A stretch of DNA of 64,000 bases from a virus. The number at the start of each line of letters is the position of its first letter. Position 1 is the stretch's first letter. Made by a program: the position numbers and the translations under genes. Below, piece by piece: positions 28,552 to 37,623 of the stretch. The notes beneath the pieces are model-generated. The model searched no databases and was not told where the DNA came from. It saw only the letters and a list, made by a program, of their open reading frames with translations. Where the stretch lies: positions 47,678 through 111,677 of IMG/VR virus record IMGVR_UViG_3300031707_000003; one strand, given 5' to 3'.

Positions 28552-31500
28552 ATGACCGAGAACTTGGGAAGCGGCGTCTCGCGCGTCCTCGATCCGACGG
28601 GGACGCAATTCACAGAGGTTGTGCTTCAGCAGGGTAAGCCCCCGCTCGATGCGGAATTCAACCTTCTGCAAGAGCTGGCGACGAACTTTTCGCGTCAGAT
28701 CGTCCTCCGTGGGTCACCGTCGGGGTTTCTTGGCAACGAGACGAACCCCTCCGCCGACTACCTCACGAACCCCATCTGGTCGAACTGGTTCAAGTTCGGA
28801 CCCCAGCGCACGGGTGAACAACGGGCTGTCATGTGGGCCGCCATCAACGGCTGGCTCATCCCGGTCTCAGGTACGCGTACGGGCACACCTCCCGGTTCTC
28901 CGAACGATACGGACACGTTCAACCTCATCGCCCTGGATCCACCTCCGAGCAACTCGGGCGACTTCCGCATCGACTACGTCTTCCTGGAGGCGTGGATTGC
29001 GCTCATCCCGCCGAACCCGGCAGCCCTCAACAAGCCGGCTGCCTCGGCTGTTTGGCGGTACGGCAACGTCGAAGGCGGTTTCTCGTTCCTCTCCGACGAT
29101 CTCGTCGACCCGGCTCTCGGGTTCGAGACGACCAAGCGGGTTCAGCTCCAGTATCGCCTTCGAGTCGTGAAGGGCCTCGTAGGCCTGACGAGCGCACCGG
29201 ACGGTTTCGACCCCGTTGTCGTCAAGGCTCAGGGTGCAGCAACATCTCCTGGGAGCTACACGTTCTCGAACATGCGGTCCGCTCTTGGGGACCCTGGCCT
29301 CTGGCGGGCCGGTGACGGCTCCTCGACGGCTCAGGCCGCCCTCGGCACGGCAGACGGGTACTCGTACGCAGTTCCGATCGCGACGATCTTCCGTCGCAAC
29401 TCGGTCAACTGGGCCGGCGACCCGAGCCAGAACCTCAACGGTGGTTTCAACCGCAATCCGACGGCGGTGGACCGGACCGGGATTAAGACCTTCTCCTCGG
29501 TTCCCACTCTGGTCTCGGATCTTTCGGCGGCAGCCACGACGGCCTTCATCCTTTCGGCGATCAACATCCCGTTGCCGATCACCCCGGCAACGCCGGTGCT
29601 CATCCAAATCGGCGATGAGCTGATGACGTACGTGTCGGTCACGACCGGTGGCTCGCCCACGATCACGGGCCTCGTCCGTGGCGCAAACGGCACGCGTGCG
29701 GAAGTTCACAAGGCAGGGGCGACCGTGAAGGTCATCTCCGGGCGTCCGGACGGGCTGTTCTCTGATCAGATCGCGAAGACGGACATCCTCGATCTCCGTC
29801 ACATCGTCAACCCGAACGGCTTCGACTACAACGCGCTCCTCAAGGGAAGTCTCGATCGACTTCTTCGAGGACAGCTCCGTGCCAACTGGAAGCGGACGGG
29901 TGCAGGTCCCCAAGGACCTTTCGTCCCCTACCAGGACAAGATCGCGGCGGGAGCCGTGTCTCTTGGTGTCACGAAGCTCGATGCTCCGGACAACATCCGT
30001 CTCAGCTTCTCGGATGCGGCCACTCCCCAACCCGTCGAGCTGATTCTCAAGGCAAACTCGGTTGCGGTCCCGGCGCCCATCAACGTGGCCTGGTCTCTCC
30101 AGCTCAGCGCGAACCACACCACGAGAAGCGTCAACAACCAGTTCACGGCTGGTGATGTCATCACCTTCCCGGTATCGCAGCTCAAGACGGGCCTCCCCGG
30201 CGGAGATTCCGACCAGATCCGTTGGATCAACGATGGAGTCACCAACGCGATCGTTCTTCGGATCGATGGGCAACCCGCGCCAGTCCCGACGTCCCTGTAC
30301 ACGGTGACCCCGGCGAACCCCACTCAGGCCAACGATCTCGTGATCACGCTTGGGACGAACTTTCCGACGACCACGAACCAGCTCTACATCACGCTCCACG
30401 TGATGTATGGCCCAGGACGAGGCCTCTCGCGTCGCCCCGATTCGATCCACACGATCGCGTACATCAACCCGTCCACGGAACTCCTTCTCCAGCCGTCGGG
30501 CGTGCCAAGCGGCAACCTGCCCACGCGGGTCGCGTGGAACCTCCTCTGGAGCAAGTTCCGAGGGACAACCTTCAAGCGGCTTGTGCCTTCGACCTCCGAG
30601 GCCTACGCGGATCTTGGCAGCAAGTCGGTCACCTTGACCCCCTTCCGTCGGATCAACTGGCCGACAGAGTTCCGTACGCTCGATGGTACGGCAGCGAATC
30701 CCCGTTCGGGAGCCCCAATTGCGGGCAGCTCTACGGGCGAGGCGAACAGCTCCACAACGTTCACGGACTTGTCCGCCAGCTTCATCGTTGCCGGCGTCGT
30801 GGCAGGGGATGCGCTCATCATCCAGGATGGCTTTGCTCCTGGTCGCTACACGGTTCTCACCGTAGCGGCGACAACTCTGGCGGTCGAACGCTCGATCTTC
30901 GCGGGAGCTTTCCCTCCTGCCACCGGTCTCACGTACGAGATCCACCATGCTCAGGGGCTCATGCCGCTCCTCAAGCCGGATGGCGTCACACCCAAGTGGG
31001 TGACCACGGATCCCTTGGCCCTGTTCTCAGGAACGACCGAAGCGAGCTTGTTCACGAAGAACGTCTACGTGGAACTCCCGAGGCATCTCGTGCCTGGTTG
31101 GGGTGACGTTCGTGTCCCCATCCTCGCGTCAGACAGCACGGTCTTCGCCGAGGGTATCAACTACATGACCCTCACGAAGAAGGGTGGCCCTCCCTTCAGT
31201 GATGGGGACAAGAACTACGTTCCGTACGCGAACGGGTCGCTGACGTACGCCGTCTTCTCGACACTCGACTTCAACCCGCCGGGGACGAACCCGGCGACGT
31301 ACAACGCGGCGTTTACGTTTGGCGGCAAGACGTTCGCGGGTACGCGGTTCTTTACGGACACGCGTGGCCTTGGGCGGAAGGGTCTCGAACTCCCTCCGTT
31401 CTACGGTATCGCCCGCCTTTTCGCGGTCTACGAAGCCAACAACTACAAGATCGCGGGTTCGGCGTACGACGCCACCACCCGCAATCCGACGGGCGGCGGG

Positions 31501-32934
31501 GCCACGAACCTGCTCCGGCAGAACTTCGATGGACCCGCCTTTTGGGTCGAAATCGACGGCGATGGGGACTCGACGTACATCCTGAACGCAGACGCCATTG
31601 ACCTTTCCCGGTCTCCAACGTTGATCAGCTCGTTCGCGTCGGGCAACTACGTCATCGAGGCGAGCATCTTCGGCTTCGATCGGGGGGCTTTTGACCTCAC
31701 GAAAGAATTCCGTCTTGTGATGACGCGTCCGACAAGCCCCTCGTTCATGCGGAACCAGGCTGTCGACGGGATCGTCCGAGCGAACAATATCGGCGTCGTG
31801 GTGACGGGTCCCACGTCTGTCCTCCCAGGGCCGGCAACGAACTCGGACCAGATCGTCGTGAACTACTCGCGTACGCCGTACCAAGGTGACGCGTGGGGTT
31901 CTCAGACGAACTACATCGACATCCCGTACACACCCGGCCCTCTCGCAACGGGAACCGCCTATCAAGTCGTGTCGACGGTGCTCGATGAGGCCAACCTCAC
32001 GAGGCCAAACCAGAAGGTCCTCGAAGTCCTCGCTTCGGTCGGATTCGCGACGACTCTCGGGACGGGGCGGTACTCGGGTGACACGCAAGAGTCTCCGCCC
32101 CCGCCTCCGCCCCCGGCGATTCCCCCGCCGCTGCCTCCGTTGAACTCTCTCGACTTCCGTGATCCGGGCTTCGAGGATCCGACGGTCTACCCCCCGGCAT
32201 CTCCTGTCGTCTCGCGTCCGAAGTCTCTTCCTGGGAACTTCGATCCGCTCGATCGTGGTGAAACAGGGACCGAATACCTTGGTTGTACCGAACGGCTCCC
32301 CATGGGCGCTCTCTTCCGTGACAAGGACTTCCGAGGTCACCTCCTCGGATCCGGGGAAGGGACGTCGAGTCCGCTCATTCTTCTTGGTGGTAACGGGCAA
32401 GGGCCCGTCGCGAGCTTGGCGGCCACCAAGTCGATCGAGCAGACCGAGATCCTTCTCGACACCGCATCGACCTCGACCGGGGCTCCCGGCGACGCCATCG
32501 TTCAAGTCGATGGCGAGCAAGGCAACTACTCGATCCTTGTCAACTTCCGGACGAACCGTGGCGGGTCGGCGTTCACGGCAAACGGCGGGCACCCAGGCGG
32601 CGAAGTCTCGATGACCCAACCGGACGTCCGGGCAGAGGCCAGCCACACGAACGTCCTCGAAGGGCGAGCCTTCCTCGTCCGCAACGCGGTCACGAACGTC
32701 GGTGCAACCGAGGTCTCAGCCGGCGGTGAGCTGATGCTGCTTGTTGTCACCCAAGTCCAGCAGCTTCGGGACACAAACCCTCATCCCGGTTCTATCGCCA
32801 TCGGGACGAACGGTACTGGAGAGGGCTACACGGCGGCCGATCTCTACCGCATCGACGGTCACCCCTTGGTCAGCGACAACGTGCGTATGATCATCGACCC
32901 GTCGACTATCCCCCTCTCGAAGCGAGTGCAGTGA
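28552..32934 (+). CDS. Large baseplate/fibre protein (DUF4815/DUF6519-like N-terminus), paralog B (1460 aa)
   Basis: 'VLQQGKPPLDAEFNLLQE', 'ETTKRVQLQYRLRV', 'GDPGLWRAGDG', 'RPDGLFSD' are shared with 19270..21873. Confidence 0.65.
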   Translation: MTENLGSGVSRVLDPTGTQFTEVVLQQGKPPLDAEFNLLQELATNFSRQIVLRGSPSGFLGNETNPSADYLTNPIWSNWFKFGPQRTGEQRAVMWAAINGWLIPVSGTRTGTPPGSPNDTDTFNLIALDPPPSNSGDFRIDYVFLEAWIALIPPNPAALNKPAASAVWRYGNVEGGFSFLSDDLVDPALGFETTKRVQLQYRLRVVKGLVGLTSAPDGFDPVVVKAQGAATSPGSYTFSNMRSALGDPGLWRAGDGSSTAQAALGTADGYSYAVPIATIFRRNSVNWAGDPSQNLNGGFNRNPTAVDRTGIKTFSSVPTLVSDLSAAATTAFILSAINIPLPITPATPVLIQIGDELMTYVSVTTGGSPTITGLVRGANGTRAEVHKAGATVKVISGRPDGLFSDQIAKTDILDLRHIVNPNGFDYNALLKGSLDRLLRGQLRANWKRTGAGPQGPFVPYQDKIAAGAVSLGVTKLDAPDNIRLSFSDAATPQPVELILKANSVAVPAPINVAWSLQLSANHTTRSVNNQFTAGDVITFPVSQLKTGLPGGDSDQIRWINDGVTNAIVLRIDGQPAPVPTSLYTVTPANPTQANDLVITLGTNFPTTTNQLYITLHVMYGPGRGLSRRPDSIHTIAYINPSTELLLQPSGVPSGNLPTRVAWNLLWSKFRGTTFKRLVPSTSEAYADLGSKSVTLTPFRRINWPTEFRTLDGTAANPRSGAPIAGSSTGEANSSTTFTDLSASFIVAGVVAGDALIIQDGFAPGRYTVLTVAATTLAVERSIFAGAFPPATGLTYEIHHAQGLMPLLKPDGVTPKWVTTDPLALFSGTTEASLFTKNVYVELPRHLVPGWGDVRVPILASDSTVFAEGINYMTLTKKGGPPFSDGDKNYVPYANGSLTYAVFSTLDFNPPGTNPATYNAAFTFGGKTFAGTRFFTDTRGLGRKGLELPPFYGIARLFAVYEANNYKIAGSAYDATTRNPTGGGATNLLRQNFDGPAFWVEIDGDGDSTYILNADAIDLSRSPTLISSFASGNYVIEASIFGFDRGAFDLTKEFRLVMTRPTSPSFMRNQAVDGIVRANNIGVVVTGPTSVLPGPATNSDQIVVNYSRTPYQGDAWGSQTNYIDIPYTPGPLATGTAYQVVSTVLDEANLTRPNQKVLEVLASVGFATTLGTGRYSGDTQESPPPPPPPAIPPPLPPLNSLDFRDPGFEDPTVYPPASPVVSRPKSLPGNFDPLDRGETGTEYLGCTERLPMGALFRDKDFRGHLLGSGEGTSSPLILLGGNGQGPVASLAATKSIEQTEILLDTASTSTGAPGDAIVQVDGEQGNYSILVNFRTNRGGSAFTANGGHPGGEVSMTQPDVRAEASHTNVLEGRAFLVRNAVTNVGATEVSAGGELMLLVVTQVQQLRDTNPHPGSIAIGTNGTGEGYTAADLYRIDGHPLVSDNVRMIIDPSTIPLSKRVQ

Positions 32935-32935
32935 C

Positions 32936-33364
32936 ATGGGCATCCGTCACCTGACCTACCTCGATCTCTCCCCCGAGCAGCGCAAGGAAGGGGCCAAGGC
33001 TGCACGCGAGCAACTCCGGCAGGCGGTGGCCAACCCCTTCCTCTCGCCAGAGCAACAGAGTGCTCTTGCGGACCGGCGAGACCACATCGACAAGTGGGAG
33101 AAGGGTCACCTCGATCCCGCCCACGGCCTCCAGCTTCATGGAAAGCCGAAGACTGCGGCGCTCCCTGGATCAGCGGAGCCCAAGGGTTTGTTGGCAGCTC
33201 CGTTGGTCGTGGTAGAGGAAGCCCCGCCGGCATCGGAAGATGTCCCGTTGGAAGGCCTCTTCGCGGATGATCTCCCCGAACCGACGCACCATGTCGTTCA
33301 GGTCATCGAGACCGTACCCATCGAGGAGCAGGTCACCGGATCTGCCGAGAAACCAAAGGCCTAG
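32936..33364 (+). CDS. Hypothetical protein
   Basis: 142 aa ORF immediately after the tail cluster. Confidence 0.55.
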   Translation: MGIRHLTYLDLSPEQRKEGAKAAREQLRQAVANPFLSPEQQSALADRRDHIDKWEKGHLDPAHGLQLHGKPKTAALPGSAEPKGLLAAPLVVVEEAPPASEDVPLEGLFADDLPEPTHHVVQVIETVPIEEQVTGSAEKPKA

Positions 33365-33414
33365 AAGAAGGGCCGATGATCTCCCTATGGGGGACCTCAG
33401 TGTGAGGTATTACT

Positions 33415-33900
33415 ATGTCGTCTCAGCTCGATAAGGGCTTCGAGGTCTTCGTGAACTGGCAGACCATCGTGTTCTGCCTTGGCATCTACTTTCTGACGTA
33501 CATGATCCGCGTTGCCGTCGAGGCTCTCTGGAAGGGGGCTAAGGCCAGCAACCTCTGGACCGAGCTGGGGCTGCATTGCGGTCCCATCGGCACCGGGATG
33601 ATCATCGCGTACTTCGCGACGAAGTTCCCCTGGCCGATGCCGATCGCCGATGTCATGTCGGCCAAGCTGTTCTACGGAGCCATCTGCGGCGGCATGAGCG
33701 GTTTCGTCTACGGACGGTTCCGTGCATGGATTGGTGTTGCGGCTGACAGCGCCACTCCGAGCGTCCAGAAGCTCGCGGTGAAGCTTGGTGGCAAGCCCTC
33801 CGATCCTCCCCCGGCTCTCCCTGACGCCGGCAAGACGGAGCCCGCACCGGCCCCCGACGCGGCCACCGATACTCCGAAGGCGCCGGACAGCAAGAGCTGA
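33415..33900 (+). CDS. Putative holin (about 3 TM segments)
   Basis: Three hydrophobic stretches (WQTIVFCLGIYFLTYMI; PIGTGMIIAYFA; LFYGAICGGMSGFVY) and a charged/Pro-rich C-terminal tail; follows the tail genes. Confidence 0.6.
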   Translation: MSSQLDKGFEVFVNWQTIVFCLGIYFLTYMIRVAVEALWKGAKASNLWTELGLHCGPIGTGMIIAYFATKFPWPMPIADVMSAKLFYGAICGGMSGFVYGRFRAWIGVAADSATPSVQKLAVKLGGKPSDPPPALPDAGKTEPAPAPDAATDTPKAPDSKS

Positions 33901-33902
33901 CG

Positions 33903-34430
33903 ATGCCGGACGATCCGAAGCCGACCTTCTGGGCTACCGTTTGGGCAAAGCTGAAGTGGGCAGCCACGCAGTTCTTTGCCCCTGGGGTGGCCCTTGTCGT
34001 CATCATCGTGGCGATTCTCCTCGTCGCGATGGGGTGGAAGGAACTTCAGATCGGCGGCCTTCTTGGGAAGCTCTTCGGCAAGAAGGATCCGGAACAGCGG
34101 GCCATCGACGTCGCGAACTCCGTGTCTCCTGATCGAGTCGGACCTGATGGGAAGCTGATCCCGCAAGGTACCCCGGATTCGAAAGGGGATACCCAAGCGG
34201 TTGTCGTTCCCATCAACGATCCTGGGCTTTTCTCGAATCCTGATACGGTGACCTTCACGCCTCCCGGTGCGAGTAAGGCCGTTGAGATCCAGCTCCCGGA
34301 TGGCGTCAAAGCGAAGGATGTCGAGCACGTCATCGTGGTCTCGCCCGAAGTCACGGTCGTGTCAGTGAAGGATACCTCGAACATCCCCGCTCAGAAGATC
34401 GACGACCTCCTCACGAAGTACGGGAGCTAG
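33903..34430 (+). CDS. Single-pass inner-membrane protein (spanin-like position)
   Basis: N-terminal TM 'GVALVVIIVAILLVAMGW' followed by a soluble domain; directly after the holin. Confidence 0.45.
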   Translation: MPDDPKPTFWATVWAKLKWAATQFFAPGVALVVIIVAILLVAMGWKELQIGGLLGKLFGKKDPEQRAIDVANSVSPDRVGPDGKLIPQGTPDSKGDTQAVVVPINDPGLFSNPDTVTFTPPGASKAVEIQLPDGVKAKDVEHVIVVSPEVTVVSVKDTSNIPAQKIDDLLTKYGS

Positions 34431-34432
34431 CT

Positions 34433-35113
34433 GTGGACGACCTCGTACACCGTGTCGTGGAGCGCTTCCAACGAGAAGCCGCGCGTTGGGACAACGCGAT
34501 GAACGGTACGTTCGTCTCGATCTACTGGAACAAGCAGAAGTGGCGGGTCGAGGAGAGTGACACGCCTATTTCTGGGATGCGAAGCTTCACCGAAGCTCAG
34601 GATCTCGACACGTACGAGATGCCGACGTTGGAGAGGGAACTAGCGGGGAACGAGCAAGAGCGTCTCACAACCATCACCACTTCGACAATCCGGGAGTACG
34701 CCAAGATCCATAGTGAGGACAAGGGGCCGGTCGCTCGCGAGAAGATCATCAAGGGCTACGGGGCTGTCTTTGATGCCCTCGTCAAGCAGTGGAAAGAAGA
34801 CGGGAACACGGAGAAGGTGGGGAAGTTCGAGAAGCTCCTCCCGACACTTCGGAAGAAGCTCGTTTGGAAGAAGGTCCACGGGGCCAAGACGGCGGCTGCG
34901 GCCAACATCTACGCGGACGATCTCGACGTGGGGTACATCGCTCAGCAAGTCGTGCTCTCCGGCAAGAGCCGGAATTGGGCCAAGCCTGAAGGGCATACGC
35001 TGAAGATCGCAGCGGACATCGAGAAGGAACTTGCGCCGTTCAACATCGGGATCATCGACGAAGCAACCGGCACGTGGGGCCACAAGCCCGGCGGCAGCCA
35101 CTTCTATCGCTAA
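34433..35113 (+). CDS. Hypothetical protein with an RVxxRF N-terminal leader
   Basis: MDDLVHRVVERFQREAA; internal 'KTAAA'. Confidence 0.6.
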   Translation: MDDLVHRVVERFQREAARWDNAMNGTFVSIYWNKQKWRVEESDTPISGMRSFTEAQDLDTYEMPTLERELAGNEQERLTTITTSTIREYAKIHSEDKGPVAREKIIKGYGAVFDALVKQWKEDGNTEKVGKFEKLLPTLRKKLVWKKVHGAKTAAAANIYADDLDVGYIAQQVVLSGKSRNWAKPEGHTLKIAADIEKELAPFNIGIIDEATGTWGHKPGGSHFYR

Positions 35114-35123
35114 GGGGGTTCCG

Positions 35124-35456
35124 GTGAGCTATTCCTACGACTGTCGTAACGCCGCGAGCCGGACCAAAGAGCACGCTGAGCGTGAAGAGGGTTGGCTTGC
35201 GAACGACCGCCGGGAGTTGAAGTCTCAAGTGAAGAGGCTCCAGAAGCAGCTCTCCGACGTCTGGACGGCCAATGGCGAGACACTCCGGTTGGCCAGGTCC
35301 CTTCTCGACAACAAGGCGTTCACGAAGGCCGAGGGCGGCGAGAAGGCGACGGAACTCGTCAAGGGACTCGTCACGGCGATCGAAACGGCGGAATCACGTT
35401 CGTCGGACTTCTACAAGCTCATTCAGGTGGTCGGGAAGACAACCGAGGGGATGTGA
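35124..35456 (+). CDS. Helical hypothetical protein with a YSYDxR leader
   Basis: GTG start at 35124 after AAGGGGG gives MSYSYDCRNAA... Confidence 0.6.
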   Translation: MSYSYDCRNAASRTKEHAEREEGWLANDRRELKSQVKRLQKQLSDVWTANGETLRLARSLLDNKAFTKAEGGEKATELVKGLVTAIETAESRSSDFYKLIQVVGKTTEGM

Positions 35457-35461
35457 CTTCG

Positions 35462-35749
35462 ATGAGCGACCACTACTCCTATGACCGACGTGCGGACACG
35501 GGCCCGGCCTCACGGCTCAAGAACGTCGAACCTCCCATCAAGGCAGCCGAGCGCGAGATCGAGAAGTCGAAGGGTATCCTTCACGGTCTCGTGAAGGAGA
35601 TGGGGATGGTCGCCACGCACACGAAGGATGTGACCATCCAGAAGAACTTCAAGGCCGTGTCGGCCTTCGCCGATCGCCTCGATGGCATCGACAAGGACAT
35701 GGACAAGTTCGTCGTCGACTTGGACCATTTCCTGAGGACCTTCCGTTGA
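35462..35749 (+). CDS. Helical hypothetical protein with a YSYDRR leader
   Basis: ATG at 35462 after GAGGGG gives MSDHYSYDRRAD... Confidence 0.6.
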   Translation: MSDHYSYDRRADTGPASRLKNVEPPIKAAEREIEKSKGILHGLVKEMGMVATHTKDVTIQKNFKAVSAFADRLDGIDKDMDKFVVDLDHFLRTFR

Positions 35750-36351
35750 AGCGGCTTCTGGTCCTTCTCGTGTTGCTGACCGCCTTCTTGGCTCGGCCAG
35801 CGGGCGCGGAACAGACATGTCCCGAGGGGTCTACATGCGTTCCGCCTGAGGACCTGAAGGTTTTCGTTGAACTCCTCAAGGCACAGAAGTGCCGCGACGA
35901 GAACCCCCCGAAGCTTGTGCTCGACCCGATCGTCATCGTCGTTGACAGGGAGGGGAGGGTCTACTATTCGGGCGGCGAGCCACGGCCATACAAGGTCCAC
36001 GTAGACTGGTGCAACTACCAGATCGACGCCTTGGGCAAGGTCCAAGTTCAAGTTGCTCAGCGGGTTGAGCCCACGTGGGGATTCCGATTCCGAGCCAAAG
36101 CGGCCTTCGGGTATCTGCCCATCGAGGCCCTTACGGAGAAGGATGCGGGGAGGGGTATCGACGGGGGTGTCCTCCTCGAACCGGTTTTCCTTCAATGGGC
36201 CAATTTCAACGTGTACGTCGGGGTACGGTCCGTCGGCACTGGTCTCGGGTTCGACGTGTTGAAGAATATGACCGTGTACCTCGGCTACGCTCTCGCATGG
36301 GGTACTTGGCGGTCCAATCCTCATCTCGCCGTAGGTTTCGCGCTCTGGTGA
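35746..36351 (+). CDS. Secreted protein with a Sec signal peptide and a C-terminal outer-membrane beta-strand region
   Basis: MKRLLVLLVLLTAFLARPAGA signal (AxA site); alternating beta-strands ending in '...LAVGFALW' (terminal aromatic residue). Confidence 0.6.
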   Translation: MKRLLVLLVLLTAFLARPAGAEQTCPEGSTCVPPEDLKVFVELLKAQKCRDENPPKLVLDPIVIVVDREGRVYYSGGEPRPYKVHVDWCNYQIDALGKVQVQVAQRVEPTWGFRFRAKAAFGYLPIEALTEKDAGRGIDGGVLLEPVFLQWANFNVYVGVRSVGTGLGFDVLKNMTVYLGYALAWGTWRSNPHLAVGFALW

Positions 36352-36354
36352 CCC

Positions 36355-37140
36355 ATGCCTTTCGTGTACCTCATCACTAACAACCTCTCCCAAAAGAAAT
36401 ACGTGGGGAAGGCTAACGTCCTGTCGGCTCGGTGGAAGGCACATCGAACCGACGCGGGACGAGAGCGCCCGAAGTCTTGTATTGGGTGGGCACTTAAGAA
36501 GTACGGCGTTGGGAATTTCACGTTCTCGGTTCTCGCTACATGCGTGACAGAAGACGAAGCGTACGCAGAAGAAGCTCGTTGGGTGAGGCTGTTTCAAGCC
36601 AACCAGCCGAGTGCGGGTTACAACCTCGATTCAGGGGGTATGGGCGGGAAGATAGCCTCGGAGACTACTCGAAGGAAGCAATCGGACGCGCGTAGAGGGA
36701 AGTCTCGCCCCGCCGGGGTGATAGCGAAGATGCACACGCCCGAAGCCCGAGCGAAAGCGGCGTCGGCACGACGTGGTCAGCACCACACAATCGAGAGTCG
36801 GGCCAAAATATCAGCGGCGCATTTGGGCCGTCCGAAGTCCCCGGACGCGGTCGCGAAATCTGCTGCCAGCCACCGGGGGAAGCATCCCTCTCTTGAGGTC
36901 CGAGATAAGCTAAGCGCAGCTCATAAAGGCGTGCCCCATACTCCCGAGCATCGCGCTCATCTAGCCGATGCCAATCGTCGGCGAGGATTGACCCAAGAAA
37001 TTATTGCCCTGGTGCGTGAACTTGCTACACGGGGGCTGAAACAAATTGAGATCGCCGCTATGTGTGGCATCGGGCAAACAAGTGTGAGCCGTGTTCTTCG
37101 ACGCGTTTCCTCAACCAGTCCATGTTTGACGAGGTGTTAG
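36355..37140 (+). mobile_element. Free-standing GIY-YIG homing endonuclease with NUMOD3-like repeats and a C-terminal HTH
   Basis: 'FVYLITN...KYVGK...RWKAH', 'GYNLDSGG', repeats such as 'HTIESRAKISAAHLG', terminal HTH 'GLKQIEIAAMCGIGQTSVSRVLR'; codon usage differs from neighbours. Confidence 0.9.
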
Positions 37141-37144
37141 TGAG

Positions 37145-37621
37145 ATGGGCGAATCGGCTGGACTTCACATCGTCATGGACGCGTACGTCGCGGACGGGGC
37201 TATTTTCACGAAACCGAAGCTGACGGAGCTTTTCGCCAAGCTCATCACCGCGCTCGAAATGAAGGCTCTCGACAAGTCTGTCTTCTACGAGGTTCCGGTG
37301 GATCCGGCCGTGCTCGAACGGGTCAAGAAAACCGGGAAGTTCGAGGATGAGGGCGGCATCACCGGCATCCAGGTGATCTCCACGTCGCACATGTCTCTCC
37401 ACGCGTGGCCGCTCCAGGAGTTCTTCTCACTGGACGTCTTCTCGTGCAAGACCTTCAACTCGGACCTCGCCCTTGGGATCATCAAGGAGACCCTGGGCGT
37501 GACCGAGGCGAGCGTCGAGATCGTCCACCGGAAGAAGCCCGAACGAAAGGCACCTGTCCGCCAGAAGCCCGCACGGATGGCGCACCGGCGACCCGAGAAG
37601 ACTTCTATCGGTCAGGCGTAG
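37145..37621 (+). CDS. speD: S-adenosylmethionine decarboxylase-like pyruvoyl proenzyme
   Basis: 'GLHIVMDAY...GGITGIQVISTSHMSLHAWP...LDVFSCK' matches the AdoMetDC class 1b pattern. Confidence 0.85.
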   Translation: MGESAGLHIVMDAYVADGAIFTKPKLTELFAKLITALEMKALDKSVFYEVPVDPAVLERVKKTGKFEDEGGITGIQVISTSHMSLHAWPLQEFFSLDVFSCKTFNSDLALGIIKETLGVTEASVEIVHRKKPERKAPVRQKPARMAHRRPEKTSIGQA

Positions 37622-37623
37622 TG

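Noticed and set aside
28867-30948. 693-aa minus-strand ORF (also 31129..32646)
   Set aside because: Antisense shadow of a strongly GC3-biased + strand gene; Arg/Val-rich with no motifs.
1-32934. Bacterial contractile injection system (eCIS/tailocin) rather than a phage
   Set aside because: It is contiguous with phage-type replication, homing and nucleotide genes on one strand, with no host housekeeping context.
37405-37623. N-terminal extensions in the ORF track (also starts at 21690, 27775, 35031, 35192, 51717, 55021, 60226)
   Set aside because: They overlap upstream genes; downstream starts have SD sequences or TGATG coupling and match domain boundaries.
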